Source of the DNA: Rhynchopus sp. YZ270_cl-10
Taxonomy: Eukaryota
DNA: 64,000 nucleotides
Assembly (NCBI GenBank): GCA_964035575.1
Contig: OZ037834.1
Location: forward strand, 1,736,001 to 1,800,000
Direction: 5' to 3'
The position numbers and the translations under genes were made by a program. Positions 36,201 to 49,355 of this stretch are shown here, piece by piece. How positions within the stretch are numbered: the first letter of the stretch is position 1; every line of letters starts with the position of its first letter. The notes beneath the pieces are model-generated. The model ran no database searches, was not told the DNA's origin, and saw only the letters and a list, made by a program, of their open reading frames with translations.

Positions 36201-39200
36201 AACACACAACCTGGACCGTGTCCGCACAGAGTCTCTTCTGCACCACTACAAGGTGGCGCTGGTTCTCGAGCACAGAGGGAACTCTACCACCGGCCGCTTC
36301 CTCTGGTGCCTCGCAACCATGGGTCTCTGGCTCTTCGCATACTTCGCACTGTGGCAGGACATCCTCTGGGAGGTGTTCTACTTCATCCTCATCTTCGCCT
36401 GGGAGTACGTTGTGTGCCTCCCCAACGTCGTGCCCATTGTGATCCTCACCAAGGTATTGGTGCACGTTTTTGTGTTTGTACGTCTGATCCTCATGCTTGG
36501 ACAAACAAACGTCTTCTTCCCAACGATCTTTATGACCTATTGGTTTGTGCACTCAGTCATTGCGTTGAAGCTCTCCTTCTGGTCCGCGTATGGACCGTAC
36601 ATCATGGGGCGTGATGCGTTCCGTGCGAAGCAGATTGACCAGCAGAGGGAGCGTGCGCTCTTGATGTTGCTGAAGGACTCCCGCGAGCAGTACCTCTTTG
36701 CGTTCAGCTACTATGTGTTCTGCAGGCGGATCCTTGCGATGATCATTGTGACGTTCCAGTTCCTCTTCTGCATCTTGGTGTTGCTGGTGAAGGCGATTAT
36801 TGCGCTGATCAGCTGGCTTATTTGGAACGTTGGGAAGTACTTTGCGAGACGCAATGCTACGCAGACGACGTACATCTCTTCAAGAGGGAAGGCGGAGGAG
36901 GAGAACAAGCAGCGGGGGCGCACCTCCTTTGATATGATGACACAAACCGACGATGGTGCCACGGGACGCGGCACGCATATGTGGGGTGAGGAGATGGGGA
37001 CACAGATCTACCTGCCTGGCGACGACGGCTTTGAAGATTTGATGCTTGTCCCGCCGGATATGCAGTACCTCCCGCAGCTCGGCTTTGGGCTGCCTGACGG
37101 CTTCAACCCTGAGGACTGGCCGCCAGAGTGGCTCGACCTTGCCTTCCCTGACGGCAAGGCGGCCTCGTGGCTGCCCGTTGCACTCAACGACGATCTCCCC
37201 CCAGCAGAATGGCTCAAAATTGCTTTCGGTGATGATGAGCTCCCTGCTGACTGGCTTGATGTCTGCCCACCCGACGAGCTTGGCTGGGAGTGGCCAGAAA
37301 AGCCGCCGAAGAACTGGCCTGAACGTCTCTCCTGGCCACCGCCACGCCCTGGAAAGAAGCAAACTGATGAGATTGACCCGGAGTGGCTGAAGTTCCTTGT
37401 TGCTGCGGACGACCTGGACCCGGAATACATCAAGAAGGCGTTGAAGAACGACCTGCCTGCGGCGGAGTGGCTGAAGATTGCGTTTGGTGGAGACGACTTC
37501 CCTGCGGAGTGGCTGGACATTGCACCGCCACCGGGTGGGTTGTGGCCTACCGAACCGCCACTGAACTGGCCCAAGGACGCACCATGGCCGCCACCACGAC
37601 CAAAGGCTGCCAAGCCCGGCGAACTGGACCCCCACTGGATCCGCAAGCTGATGGACCCCAAGAACGACGACACCCTCCGCAAGGTCCTCGAACAAGAGGA
37701 CGAACCGGTCGACTGGCTCAACCTCGCTGCCGGGAACGACCCCCCCGCAGACTGGCTCAACTTCCCAGGCGGCGGTCTTCCTAACAAACCTCCAAAACTA
37801 TGGCCCAAGCGTCTTCCTTACCCTCCTCCTAAGGGCAAAGACTTGCCAGATGACTTACCTGTTGATTGGCTTAAATTCGGGCTTGACAAAAAGGTGGATG
37901 ACGACAAACTGATTCACATTAGGGATCTTGACTTGCAGCCGGTTGATTGGTTGAAGCTTGCGTATGATGATGATGACTTGTCTCCTGAGATTCTTGGGTT
38001 TGCGCCGGAGCCGGGAAAACCTTGGCCTGAGAAGCCTCCACCGGGGTACCCAAGCGATGCACCGTGGCCTCCACCACGCACCTTCCTGGACGATGACGAC
38101 GATGATGTTGATGTAAAGTGGCTCAAGCTTGCCTTCGACGACGACGAACTCACCCCAGAGATGCTCAAGGCCGCTGTCGACGGTGACCTCGACCCCGCAG
38201 AATGGCTTAGGATCGCTCGCGGTGGCGACCCCAACGCAGAATGGCTCAACATGATCCCCGAACCTGGCAAGCTCTGGGCAAAACGCCCACCAAAAGACTA
38301 TCCCAAAGAAATGCCCTGGCCACCACCGAAGGTTCCAACAAACCCTACCAGACGACCTGTTGAAGGAGGGGAAATCCCTCCGGAATGGCTTGAAATTGCG
38401 TTAAATGATGGAGAAGATACTCTTGACCGCGCGCTTCGTGGTGAGTTGGATCCTTTCGATTGGCTCAAACTGGCGCGTGGTGCGGATCCTGACCCGGAGT
38501 GGCTGACATTGGGAGAGGACGGTGAATTTCCTTCAAAACCGCCTGCAAACTACCCTGCAGGACTGCCTTGGCCACCACCCAAGCGGAAGAAGGAGAACGA
38601 CGTATCTGCAGAGTGGCTTGCCTTTGCCATGGAACACCCCGACCTCGACGATGCTGGCAAACAACGTGCCCTGGATGGCGATCTCGACACAGTAGAATGG
38701 CTTAACCTCGCGGCCGGAGGCGACCCTGACCCAGACTGGCTCAAACTCGACTCTGATGGAGAATACAAAAAGGAGCGTCCAAAGAACTATCCTGCCAATG
38801 CACCATGGCCGCCACCAAAGCCAAAATCCGCTCCAGGAGCAGATGTACCAGAAGCCTGGCTGAACATTGCAATGAACTCTGACGCACCCATCGATGTCAA
38901 ACGACGTGCGTTCGAGGGTGACCTGCTCCCTGCAGAGTGGTTGAAGCTGGCGACGGGGGATAACCTTGACCCCGATTGGCTGTCGCTTGGACCTGATGGT
39001 GAGTTCCCTTTGGAACGCCCTGATAACTATCCTGTGGAGCTTCCATGGCCGCCGCCGAAGAATGCGGACTTTGATTTGCCAATTGATTGGATAAGGTTTG
39101 CGGCACTGCATCCAACAGCGCCGCCAGCATTGAAGAAAAAGGCAATGAACAATGACCTGGACCCTGTAGAGTGGTTGGCGTTGGCAGCAGGGGAAGACCC

Positions 39201-42200
39201 TGATGCGGATTGGTTGAAGCTCGGACCGGATGGTGAATACCCAACAGAACGTCCAAAGAATTATCCTCCAAACGCACCATGGCCGCCGCCGAAGGTAAAG
39301 GCACGCCCCGATACAGATGTCCCGCAGGAGTGGATTAACATCGCAATGAACGCAGACGCGCCGCTCGCAGTGAAGAAGCGTGCGATGTACGGACAGCTCC
39401 TGCCAACGGATTGGCTGCGTCTCTCTACAGGTGATATGAGTCCGCGGAATTCTTGGATGTCCTTCGGAAAGGATGGAAGCTTTGCAAAGCAACGTCCAAA
39501 GGATTACCCAGCGTCTGCACCATGGCCGCCACCGAAGCCTCGTGCAGGACCGCTCCCAAATTGGCTTGCATTCGCAGTGCAAAACCCGGACATCCCAACC
39601 GACCTCAAGAAGCGTGCCCTCGATGACGAACTCGATGTGATTGATTGGCTGCAGATTGCGGCGGGGGACAACCCGGTGGACCCGGATTGGTTGAAGTTGG
39701 GACCGGATAGGGAGTACCCTCTGGCTCGTCCACAGAACTACCCGCCGTATGCTCCGTGGCCACCGCCGAAGGCGAAGGCAGCACCTGGCGCAGACGTGCC
39801 TGAGGAGTGGCTCAACATCGCAATGAACGCAGACGCAACGCTGGATACAAAGAAGCGCTCTCTTGGGGCAGACCTCTTACCCGCAGAGTGGCTCAAGCTT
39901 GCAACAGGAAACGAACCAGACCCACGCTGGCTTGCCCTCGGCCCTGATGGCGAGCTTCCCAAGACACGCCCACCAGGCTACCCAGCGCACCTCCCATGGC
40001 CGCCTCCAAAGCGTCGTGGTGGCGACCTCCCGATCGACTGGATCAAATTCGCTCTCGCCAAACCGGACCTCCCGGAGGCAACCCGGAAGCGTGTTCTCTC
40101 GACACCTGGTGATATCCCCTCGGTGGAGTGGTTGCAGATTGCGGCTGGGAACGACCCGGTTGACCCGGCTTGGTTGAAGTTAGGACCGGACGGTGAGTTC
40201 GCGAAGGAGCGTCCAAAGAACTACCCAGCTGATGCGCCGTGGCCACCTCCCAAGCCGAAGACAAAGGAGGCAGCGAGCATTCCACCGGAGTGGCAGATGC
40301 TGCTGACGGATGCAGACTGCCCGCCGGATGCGAAGCGACGTGGCTTTGATGGAGACATGCTGAGTGCAGAGTGGCTGCAGATCGCGACCGGGGACGACCC
40401 GGACCCGAGCTGGCTGTCGCTTGGCCCAGATGGAAACTTCCCCGACGAACGCCCTGCGACGTACCCTGCAGACAAGCCGTGGCCACCACCTCCTCCTCCT
40501 CCGGTTCTGAAACCACGTACAAAGAAGCGTTCTACGGACTATGACCTGCCTGCAGAATGGCTCCAGGTGGCGTTGGATAAGAAGGTACCCGACGACACCC
40601 TCCGCCGTGCGCACCGTGGTGACATCAAACCGCAAGAATGGATCCGCATTGCGCTCGACGGCAAGGACCCACCCGCCACCTGGCTCTCTCTCGGTCCCGA
40701 TGGGAAGTTCCCCGCCACCCGCCCAGAAGGCTACCCAAAGAACCTCCCATGGCCGCCACCTGACGGAAAGAAGGGCGTTGCAGACGCGAACCTCCCTGCA
40801 GAGTGGCTGAAGATTGCAGTAGACCGTGGTGCATACGGCATGATCGACGACGCTGCGAACGACAAGCTTGACCCTGTGGAGTGGCTCAACCTTGCTATGG
40901 ATGGCAAGCAGATCGACCCAAAATGGCTCAAACTTGGCCCCGACGGAAAGTACCCCAAACACCCCCCTGTGGGCTATCCCAAAAACGTTCCGTGGCCGCC
41001 ACTGTACAAACGCCCTGACGAGGATCTGGACGCAACCATGATGAACGCACCTGAACGTCCCTTCGATTTGCCTCCAGAGTGGCTGGCGATGGCGTTGGAG
41101 CAGAATGTGCCGCTGGAGACCATTGAGCGTGCGAAGCGTGGTGAGCTGTCTGAGGTGGAGTGGCTCCGCATTGCGAACAACGGAGACGAGCCGCCACCGC
41201 TGTGGATGGACAAGAACGTGAAGGGCGACTGGCCGGCGGAGAGACCTGCCGACTACCCTGCGGATAGGCCGTGGCCACCACCGACCAATGCAAAGGACTA
41301 CGACCTGGACCCAGAGTGGCTTGCGATTGCCTTTGAAAGGAAGGCAACCAAGGCACAAATCAAGCGTGTCATCGAGGGCGAGATGCTCCCTGCAGAAATC
41401 CTCGAGCTTGCCCTCGGTGAAGACTCAATCAACCCAAGCTGGCTCACCGTCGACCAGAACGGCAACTACGCTGAGTCACGCCCTGCAGACTACCCCCCGA
41501 ACCTGCCGTGGCCCCCACCAAAGACAAAGGCAGCCACTACAGCGATTGCCGCCAGCGAAGTCCCCGTGGACTGGGCATCGTACACCCTAGGCCGGAAGGA
41601 CACCGAGAAGAACATGAAGGACCGCGCCCTTAAGGGTGAGCTCCGCCCGATCGACTGGCTCAAGCTTGTCAATGGAGGAGAGACGCCGCCTGAGGAGTGG
41701 CTTGATTTGAGTGGCGGGCGTCCTCCGGGGTACCCGCCGAATGCTCCGTGGCCTCCACCATCACAAAAATTCAACCCGAACTGGGAATACAAGAATAAAT
41801 GGATTAAATTTGCTTTGGCGCGGTGCGGCAGCAAGGCGGTGTTCACAGGCATGCAGAACGAAATGAAGCCCGAGGATTGGTTAACCCTCGCACGTGGCGG
41901 CCAGCCCCCTCCGAAGGAGTGGCTTCAAACAAACGCAGACGGCAACTTCCCCGAGAAGCCACCGGAGGACTATCCAAAGGACATGCCTTGGCCACCACCA
42001 CAGACCACCCCGGCTTTGATCCCTGCAAAGGAGAAGGCTTCGCCTGCAAGACGCAAGAAGCGTGCACCTACCATTGGAAAGAAGCAACAGAAGGCTGGGG
42101 TCAGCTTTGCCCCGAGCGGCAGTGCTATGAACGACGAAGATGCGGGGGTACCGACAGAATGGTTGAATCTCGCTTTCCACGCTCAGCCGCCGATGGACGA

Positions 42201-45200
42201 AGACAAGCTGAAGCTCGCGTTGAAGGGGGAGCTTCTCCCGCGGGAGTGGCTGCAGCTTGCGGCTGGTGGTGGAGAGATCCCTGCAGAGTGGTTGAAGCAT
42301 ATGCCCAACCCTGGAGAGGCGTGGCCAGCACAGCGTCCTGTAGGATACCCAGGGGATATGCCGTGGCCGCCACCGAGGACAAAGAAGGGAGATCTGTCGC
42401 CTCCGGTGTCGCCAAGCAGAAACCGTGCGCCGCCAAAATCGGATCAATTCCTGTCAGCGCCTGGAGGCGGGCGTGACGAGGAGAACCTTCCGGCAGTGTG
42501 GCTCAACTTCGCCTTTGGGAAGATCTCGCAGGATACTGGAGGGGGGCAGAAGGAGCTTGCCGCATCGCAGCTCCCGGACGTCATCAACAACGACCTGCCG
42601 CCAGCGGAGTGGCTCAAGATGGCGAACCGCGGAGAAGAGATCCCCGAGTCCTGGCATGCCATCATCCCAGCCCCAGGTGAGTCCTGGCCGCAGCTTGCAC
42701 CAGAAGGATACCCCATCGAAGCGCCTTGGCCACCTCCAAAACCAAAGACGTATGTTTCCTTTTATGAGATCTGATGTGAGAAGTGAGTCAGAAAACTCAA
42801 AAAAAAAAAAGCAATAAGAACCGGCTTTAAAGGGAGGTTGTTAAACTAGATTTTGTGTGATAACGATGATGGGGTGTGAGAGAGAGGAAAAAAAGCCGCA
42901 CCTACCCATGATGTAGTGGTGAATGGTGAAATATGTATGGGGGGTGTGCCAGAGGGTTGTCTCGAGGTGGACGGCAATGAAACATAGTGGAGGGAGTGGT
43001 TCGTGTTCTGTGGGTTATTAGGTGCACTAAATGAAACAGATTATAAATGAAAACAACACACCAAAAACAGGAACGGATTCGCATGCGAGGTGTGGGGAGA
43101 AGAGGGACCGACCTCAGCCAGGTCGAACCAGATCCAAGACGAGTATGTCAAAAAAAAATTTTTTGCTGCGCGATAACGAATGTGATCACGGTGACTAAGC
43201 ACGAAAGGCTTAGGGTCATCTTATTTAGCTCAACACTTTGCACCTTTAGAATTTTGGGCGACATGATATGGGAGGGCTTTTGTCAATTCCAATAAACATT
43301 ACACACAACAGACTTATGATTGGAACTGTCCCCAACGTGCAAGGATATGCCCCTGGTACTGAGGAGCCCAAGGAGAAGGTATGCTCTCGCTCCCTCACCC
43401 TCACCCCCACTCTCTACGAGCACGGTAAATAGTCGTGACTCAGCACGAAATGCTGCTAACTTTTTCTTCCTTTTTTTGCGCCCACGAAGGTGTCTGCAGG
43501 TTAGACTTTTTTTCCCTTCAGACTGTCATCAGACCATCATACACATATCATCCACCACGACAACAGAAACCGGCAGCCTGGACGAACAACGGTCTGCAGG
43601 AGTTCCAAGACCAACTCATCATGGGGTCGAACATCGCCCCGCAAGAGGAGCAGGAGAAGCCACGCAGGCCAGAGGAGTCGCACCTCATCTACTTCAAGGA
43701 GAACGTGCCGGGGGATGTGTCCAAGCCGGTCCATTTCGTGGACGCTGAAAACTTCCAGAACGTATGCCACAAAGCTTGACACTAGGTTTTGATTCATCGG
43801 TTTTTGTTTGTGTGTGTTTTTTATTTTTGGAGGCTGACAAAGATTCGTAGGTTTTCATAGCAGCGTGTCTCTTTAATTTTCACCCCACCACAGATTGCCG
43901 AGTTCCGTGCAGGAGTGCGCCACTTCTTGCAGTTCCGCGGACCTGTCGACCAGGTTCTTCTCCAGGTCAAGAAACGGGGTGACTTCACTGACTTGGTATG
44001 AATCAAACCCTGCTTGCTGCATCCCCTACCCTTGGTAGGGGATGACACGTTTTCTTCATTTAGTGCGCTGCACAGCATGCAGCTCTTTTCAATATTTTTT
44101 TTGCTGTGTTTGGCCTCACCGAGCACACCTTATTAGGATCATCCCTTTGTTTCCTGATTGTACTTTAGTCACACAACACCCCACCTTCAGGAGGAGATTG
44201 AAAACCACCACCAATGGCCTCTGCGCACATCGCATCAGAGCCCTGTGTTGGTGACAATCTTTGATCTGTACAAGCCGCGGATGAAGAAGCAGACGCTGAA
44301 GGTGAGGGGGAACCAGCTGAGGCTGGGGCTTTCGACGGATATTAATAGGCGTGCGATGACTGCGGCTGGGCGGAGGGACAACACGCAGAAGCCTGCTGTG
44401 CGGAACTTGATGAAGCAGGCATCGTCTCGCATGCTGAAGGCAGCGGCAGCAGCACCCGTGGTCGCTCCGTCGCAACGTGCACGCCACGGCAGAGTTGTCC
44501 AGGAGGACCTGGCGACCGTGCACGAGCCCCGCTCCTCCAGGCGCACGAACTCCCCCAAGAAGAAGCCCGCCGTCGCCAAGACCAAGGCAGAGTACTCAGA
44601 CTCCTCCGATTCCGAAACTGCAGGCGACGTCTTCGTCCCAGACATTGGTGTCACCTTAGAGACCGCAGAGCAGCACCGCAAGAACGTTGCAACAAGCGGA
44701 CTCAAGGTTGCAGCTTCGGTAGGCCCTGCACATGAGGGAGGCATCCGGGCGGGTATGTTATTTGGTTTATTTTCCCCCAATGAAGTCAACCCCCCTTTCC
44801 CCCCTGCATATCCGTTGATATGTTTTGCACCTTTTTTTGTATTCAAGATGAGCGGATCTCAGAAAAAAAATATTCAAAAGAGGAGACGACACTGATGGAC
44901 AAAACCCCATCTTTCGATTGAAAATATTATCTTACTCATGTTACCAACTGTCAATCTTCGCTAACCCTATGCATATTTCCCCTCATAGGTGACGTGATCC
45001 TCAGCATGAACGGACGCATCATGAACACAACCAGCGACGTCACAAAGCTTGTGAAACAGCTTAAGAAGGAGGAAAACAAAGACCCGCTTACTGTTGTCGT
45101 TAACCGCAGCGGTGCGGGTGGACGCGCGACACTTCTTGTCAAGATGTTCAACGAGCTGCCCGCGAAGACTCAACTTCAAGCAGACTTTAAGCTGCCCACT

Positions 45201-45671
45201 TTAGGGGATATGTTCAAGAAGATGGCAGGCAGCAGTAGTCCTAACATCACAGCGAACCGCTCGGCGACTGCGATTCCTATGATACAACCACCGACACCGA
45301 GGGGCATTGTACCGCCACCTGCTACCACGAACATGGCGTCGAGCAGCAGTCTCAACATCCCTATGCAAGCTGCACCGGGTCTGACCCCTGCAGGAGGGGG
45401 TGCCCAACCAGGTCTGGTCTCCCCGGCCATTCCTCGGAGAAACTCCTTCAACCCGTCCGTCCAAAGGCGGGGCTCCATTGCGATGTCCCGACGTGGTTCC
45501 AACGCTGGCATGCTCGGCATGCCCCGTCCTACAGTGATGGAGGCTACACCGCGTACAATTCACGGAATGCTCGCAGCACCAGAAGGTCTAGACGCGCAAC
45601 CCGCACCCCCTTCCGCCCCTCAACCCCCTGAGGGAAGCATTTCGCTGACCCTCCCAACCCCTAGGGAGTGA
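27211..45671 (+). CDS. FKS1: Giant multidomain 1,3-beta-glucan synthase (GT48, FKS/callose/paramylon synthase family), ~5715 aa; join(27211..42749,43312..43378,43567..43761,43894..43995,44191..44752,44989..45671)
   Basis: GT48 motifs WASMRMQTVGRTIRG, GKSVNQAH...QTVDCNQDGYFEESLKMRSLL, RMHYGHPD, LNEDIFAG, GKGRE, YVATGR, LYSHSHF. N-terminal GH81-like and TIM-barrel domains. Five GT-AG introns preserve the frame to a PDZ motif (GPAHEGGIRAGDVILSMNG). The symbol is family-level only. Confidence 0.93.
43190..43222 (+). repeat. Hairpin repeat family A copy in glucan synthase intron 1
   Basis: GGTGACTAAGCACGAAAGGCTTAGGGTCATCTT. Confidence 0.9.
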
Positions 45672-48600
45672 AAAAAACAAAGTAGGTTAAAAATAAAATT
45701 CTCATTCTTTTGTCGCTAAGCATGGCTTGGTTTCAATTTTTTTCTTTTCTTTTTCAGTGCATTTTTTTTTGCCTTGGGGCGTTTTGTACAAAAAAAAATT
45801 CTGCCAGTGTTGTCTCAAAAAGGGGGGTGGGTGGTGTTTTTTACGTTAGGTTCGGTCTTTCCCAGATATGGTAGCTTCTTTTGTGTTTTTTTTTTTTTTT
45901 AACTACAAAATGTAGTGTTGCAGTAGCAGCTTTTTTCAAAGGTGACTAAGCACAGAGAGGCTTAGGTTCATCTTACCAAACTTTTCTGACATTTTTTTTT
46001 TCTTCTCTTCAACAGTTTAGATATGTTCCTGGCAGGGTGAGGGCGCTCTTTTTGAACTCAAAGTTTGTCATTTATTTATTATACCTTCTATTCAGTAGAA
46101 TAGTTAGTATATGTCATTATTATGAAACATTTTTTTTTTTTTTTTTTGCTCATGCGGTCCATCGGTACTCTTGTGTTTGATGTCTAGTGCCCTTGAGGCC
46201 ATTCGTCTTGCAAAGTGTTTCTCTTTTCCCCTTTTCTTTTCATGCTTGAGGTGAACCATTCTATTCTTTGGTTAGAATAGAAAAGTTTATTTCTTTTCAA
46301 CAAAAAAAAAAATACATGATCTAGTTAGTTCATCTGTCCCCCTTGTATTTTATTCCTGGTGTCCTGCGTCAAAGCAAAAGGCGTTCACTTTTGAAGTTTC
46401 ATCCTTTTTTTTTTCAGATTTGTGTGCACAAGAAGGTGCATTCATCTTTCAAAAATTCTATTTTTTTTTTTTTTAAACTCACAGAAGATTTAGTGGGTCA
46501 TTACAAGACTTCCTTTAGCCTATTTTCTTCGTTTCTGTCTATCTTTGGTATTTTGTGTGCATGAGGGACACATTCATTTTCCAAATTCGTTTTTTTTTTC
46601 CCCCCCCTTCCTTTTCTTCACGGAGGCGTCAGTGCCTGCGTCCCAGAGGCGTTTTGCACTATCAACTTCACTTTTTTGATTATGTGGGTCTTACCAAACC
46701 CTCAAATTCTCTCCCTTTGGTGTCTCCCCCCCCCTAAAGGTCGGTCTTTCAATCCTAGAAAACTCTAAGGGGTTTGAATTTAAATAGAATGACAAAAAAA
46801 AAAACCAAAAAAAAAATTTGCGAAAAGCGATAGTTTATACCACTGCAAATTATTTTTATCCCACTTCAAAAAGGTATTTCTCAACCTGGGTGGTTTTTTT
46901 CTTTTTTCTTTTTTCTTTTACGCCTACCTGCCTGCCCTTTCCCCCCCTCCCTTTTCTCCCGAACAAAACAAGAGGTAACGCTCTTCTGAATAAAACAAAG
47001 CTTGGGGGTTAATCCAACACTTTCAGTAGTTCACTTTTTTTTTTGTGTGTGAGTTATCTGGGGAACCTTCTTATGTTCTGTTAAGAGAACGTTATTTTGG
47101 AACCCCTTTTTTTAACCATTTCCCCCCCTTTTCGGGGGAGCATTTATTTTATAGACTAACAGATGGAATCGATCGGGTTGAAGATAAAACACCATTTTGT
47201 TGGAATGGTATTTTATTCAATTCGATTAGTCAAAAAACGGTTGCATACGGGGAAGCTTGGTGGGGGGTAGAAAAAAACGTGCGTTCTGCATACCGGAGGG
47301 GGCCCTGCGCGTTATTCGACCTTCACTTTGTGCACTGTGAAGCACATCCCATCTTTTAAAACTTTTGGCAAGAATGGAGTTAAGAAACGCGTATCTACAG
47401 CATATCTGTAGCAAAGTGTTGAATCTTCTTCTCAGCCTTTTCTTACAATTTTTTATGTACAAAAAAAAGGGGGCTTTTTTTTTTCAAAGTTTTTACAATT
47501 CACCAAACCTGTCTTCTTCCGTAGCCCAACACCCCCCTTTATTTTTCCGTAACCGACCCAATATGGTCTTTTTTTCAAAATGGTCCTTCTGAATACTTTT
47601 TCTCTCCTTCTTGCAGGAGAACCTCTCACTTTACGATTCCTCCCTTCAGCGGGGCCAACTATTTGAAAATCTGTGTTTTTTCCCCCACCCTAAGATTGGT
47701 GAGGCCTATGTGAGGCCCGTTCATATCTTCCAAAAAAAAAATAAAACAATTATCCCCTCTTTCTGCCTTTTTAGAACGGAGATTCCCTACCCATGATAGC
47801 CCATATTCACCTCTGTTCAGTTCTTCTTCTTCTTCTTTTTTTTGATTTTTCCTCTGGTGACCTGAGTTTCCAAGGGTGTCACTGAAAGGGGACGTGACGT
47901 GAATTATTATTTGCTAAAATAGCTCCACTGCAATTATTTCCAGATGCCAATTATGGCTTAAAACACCACTCCTAGAAAGGATTATTGGCTTGAGGAAATA
48001 ATTTTACGGCTATTTTTTTTTTTTTTTTTTTGCATTTTATGGCAGAGAGAAGTACGAAAAAAAAAATGGTATTGAAAGAATACCTCTAGAGACAACACAA
48101 TGATGGCAATATCTGTGCAAGGTGGTCAAGCATGGTGGGCTTGTCGTTCATCTTACAACCCCCTTTTTTCTTTCTTCTTTTGTGGGAGCGGGAGGGTTGT
48201 TTTCTTACAAAGTTTTAGTATTACAAAATGTACAAGCTGGCAGTTAGTGTGAGTACGGTGGTGAAAGAGGAAAACAAAAGAGGGATTATTTTTACAATTT
48301 CAAAATTTCTAATTTCCCTCCACCCCTCCTCAACAAGAGCACACTGGCCACAGGTGTCGGAGATCCGCCCAAAACAGCATTTTCGGAGTCTTCAGTTAAG
48401 CACATCGTGCATGACCACCTCCGCTTGCTTCCAGGAGTTTGCAAGCATTTTTTCTTCCCCCTTACCATTCGTTTAACAGTGTCCCTCACTGGCTTTGCGC
48501 TTCAATTTTGCGACAGGATTTTTTTTCTTTGAAATAAATTCCTCCGACTACTTCACACCTTCAATACATACTCCCCCCGACACGAAACAGAAGCTTTTTT

Positions 48601-48680
48601 TTTTCACTTTTTGTCCCTCCTCTTTTTTTTTTCTTACAATCCCCTCGACACGAAAACTTTTTTTAGGTGAATTCAAAACC

Positions 48681-49355
48681 ATGCCATCCCTTCTGTACGA
48701 AGCAGGGGTGACGTACCTCGCAGACAATCCTCTTTTGTGCATCGCCGTATGCCTGCTGGTTGTGAACCTGACTTTCACGAGGCTGGGGTTTCTTCGGACT
48801 AAGACCCCTCACGACCACACTGTTCTGTGGCAGCGCATGGGGTACGCAGACATCACAGCACCGTCACCACCACCACCCTCCTACACCATCCGCAGCACCA
48901 TCGCCTCAACCACTTCCCCTGCGGAGGGTAGGGGGGAAGTACCCGCTACTCCGGTTGCTTCTGTTGTGGTCCCGGCTGTTGTCCCGCAGAGGATAGCGCT
49001 GACGGCAGAGCAAGCGAATAAGAAGAAGGCAAAAGAGATGAAGGCAGAGAGGAGACGGCGGCGTGAGGCCGGGCTGAGTGCCTCCGAGGTCGCAAAGCAC
49101 GTCAATGAGGAGAGCCTCTGGCTTGTATTGAACGGCCGAGTGATTGACGCAACGTCGTTCATAGAGGAGCACTCAGGGGGCGCAGCGGCACTCCTGCGCA
49201 ACGGAGGAAAGGACATCACCGCGCGCTTCATGCGTGTACCAGAGCACCGTGCTGACTACAACAGAGACAGCATTGAAAACACCCTCCGTGAAATGTACCT
49301 CGGCAATCTCAACACACGATACGAAACCAGCCCTACCCCCATGCTAGAGTGGTGA
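48681..49355 (+). CDS. Cytochrome b5-like heme-binding domain protein with N-terminal membrane anchor (224 aa)
   Basis: EVAKHVNEESLWLVLNGRVIDATSFIEEHSGG...GGKDITARFMRVPEH. The ATG lies 14 nt after a TTTTTAG acceptor. Confidence 0.9.
   Translation: MPSLLYEAGVTYLADNPLLCIAVCLLVVNLTFTRLGFLRTKTPHDHTVLWQRMGYADITAPSPPPPSYTIRSTIASTTSPAEGRGEVPATPVASVVVPAVVPQRIALTAEQANKKKAKEMKAERRRRREAGLSASEVAKHVNEESLWLVLNGRVIDATSFIEEHSGGAAALLRNGGKDITARFMRVPEHRADYNRDSIENTLREMYLGNLNTRYETSPTPMLEW

Noticed and set aside
27183..42716. Numerous 60-400 aa antisense and alternate-frame ORFs over the large genes (also 57009-63973)
   Set aside because: Shadow ORFs expected from GC-rich codon bias, with no recognisable motifs.
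42750..42774. Stop at 42774 as the true end of the glucan synthase, and 44158/44994 ORFs as separate genes
   Set aside because: A GTATGT donor at 42750 and five frame-preserving GT-AG introns join these pieces, and one junction reconstitutes a PDZ motif.
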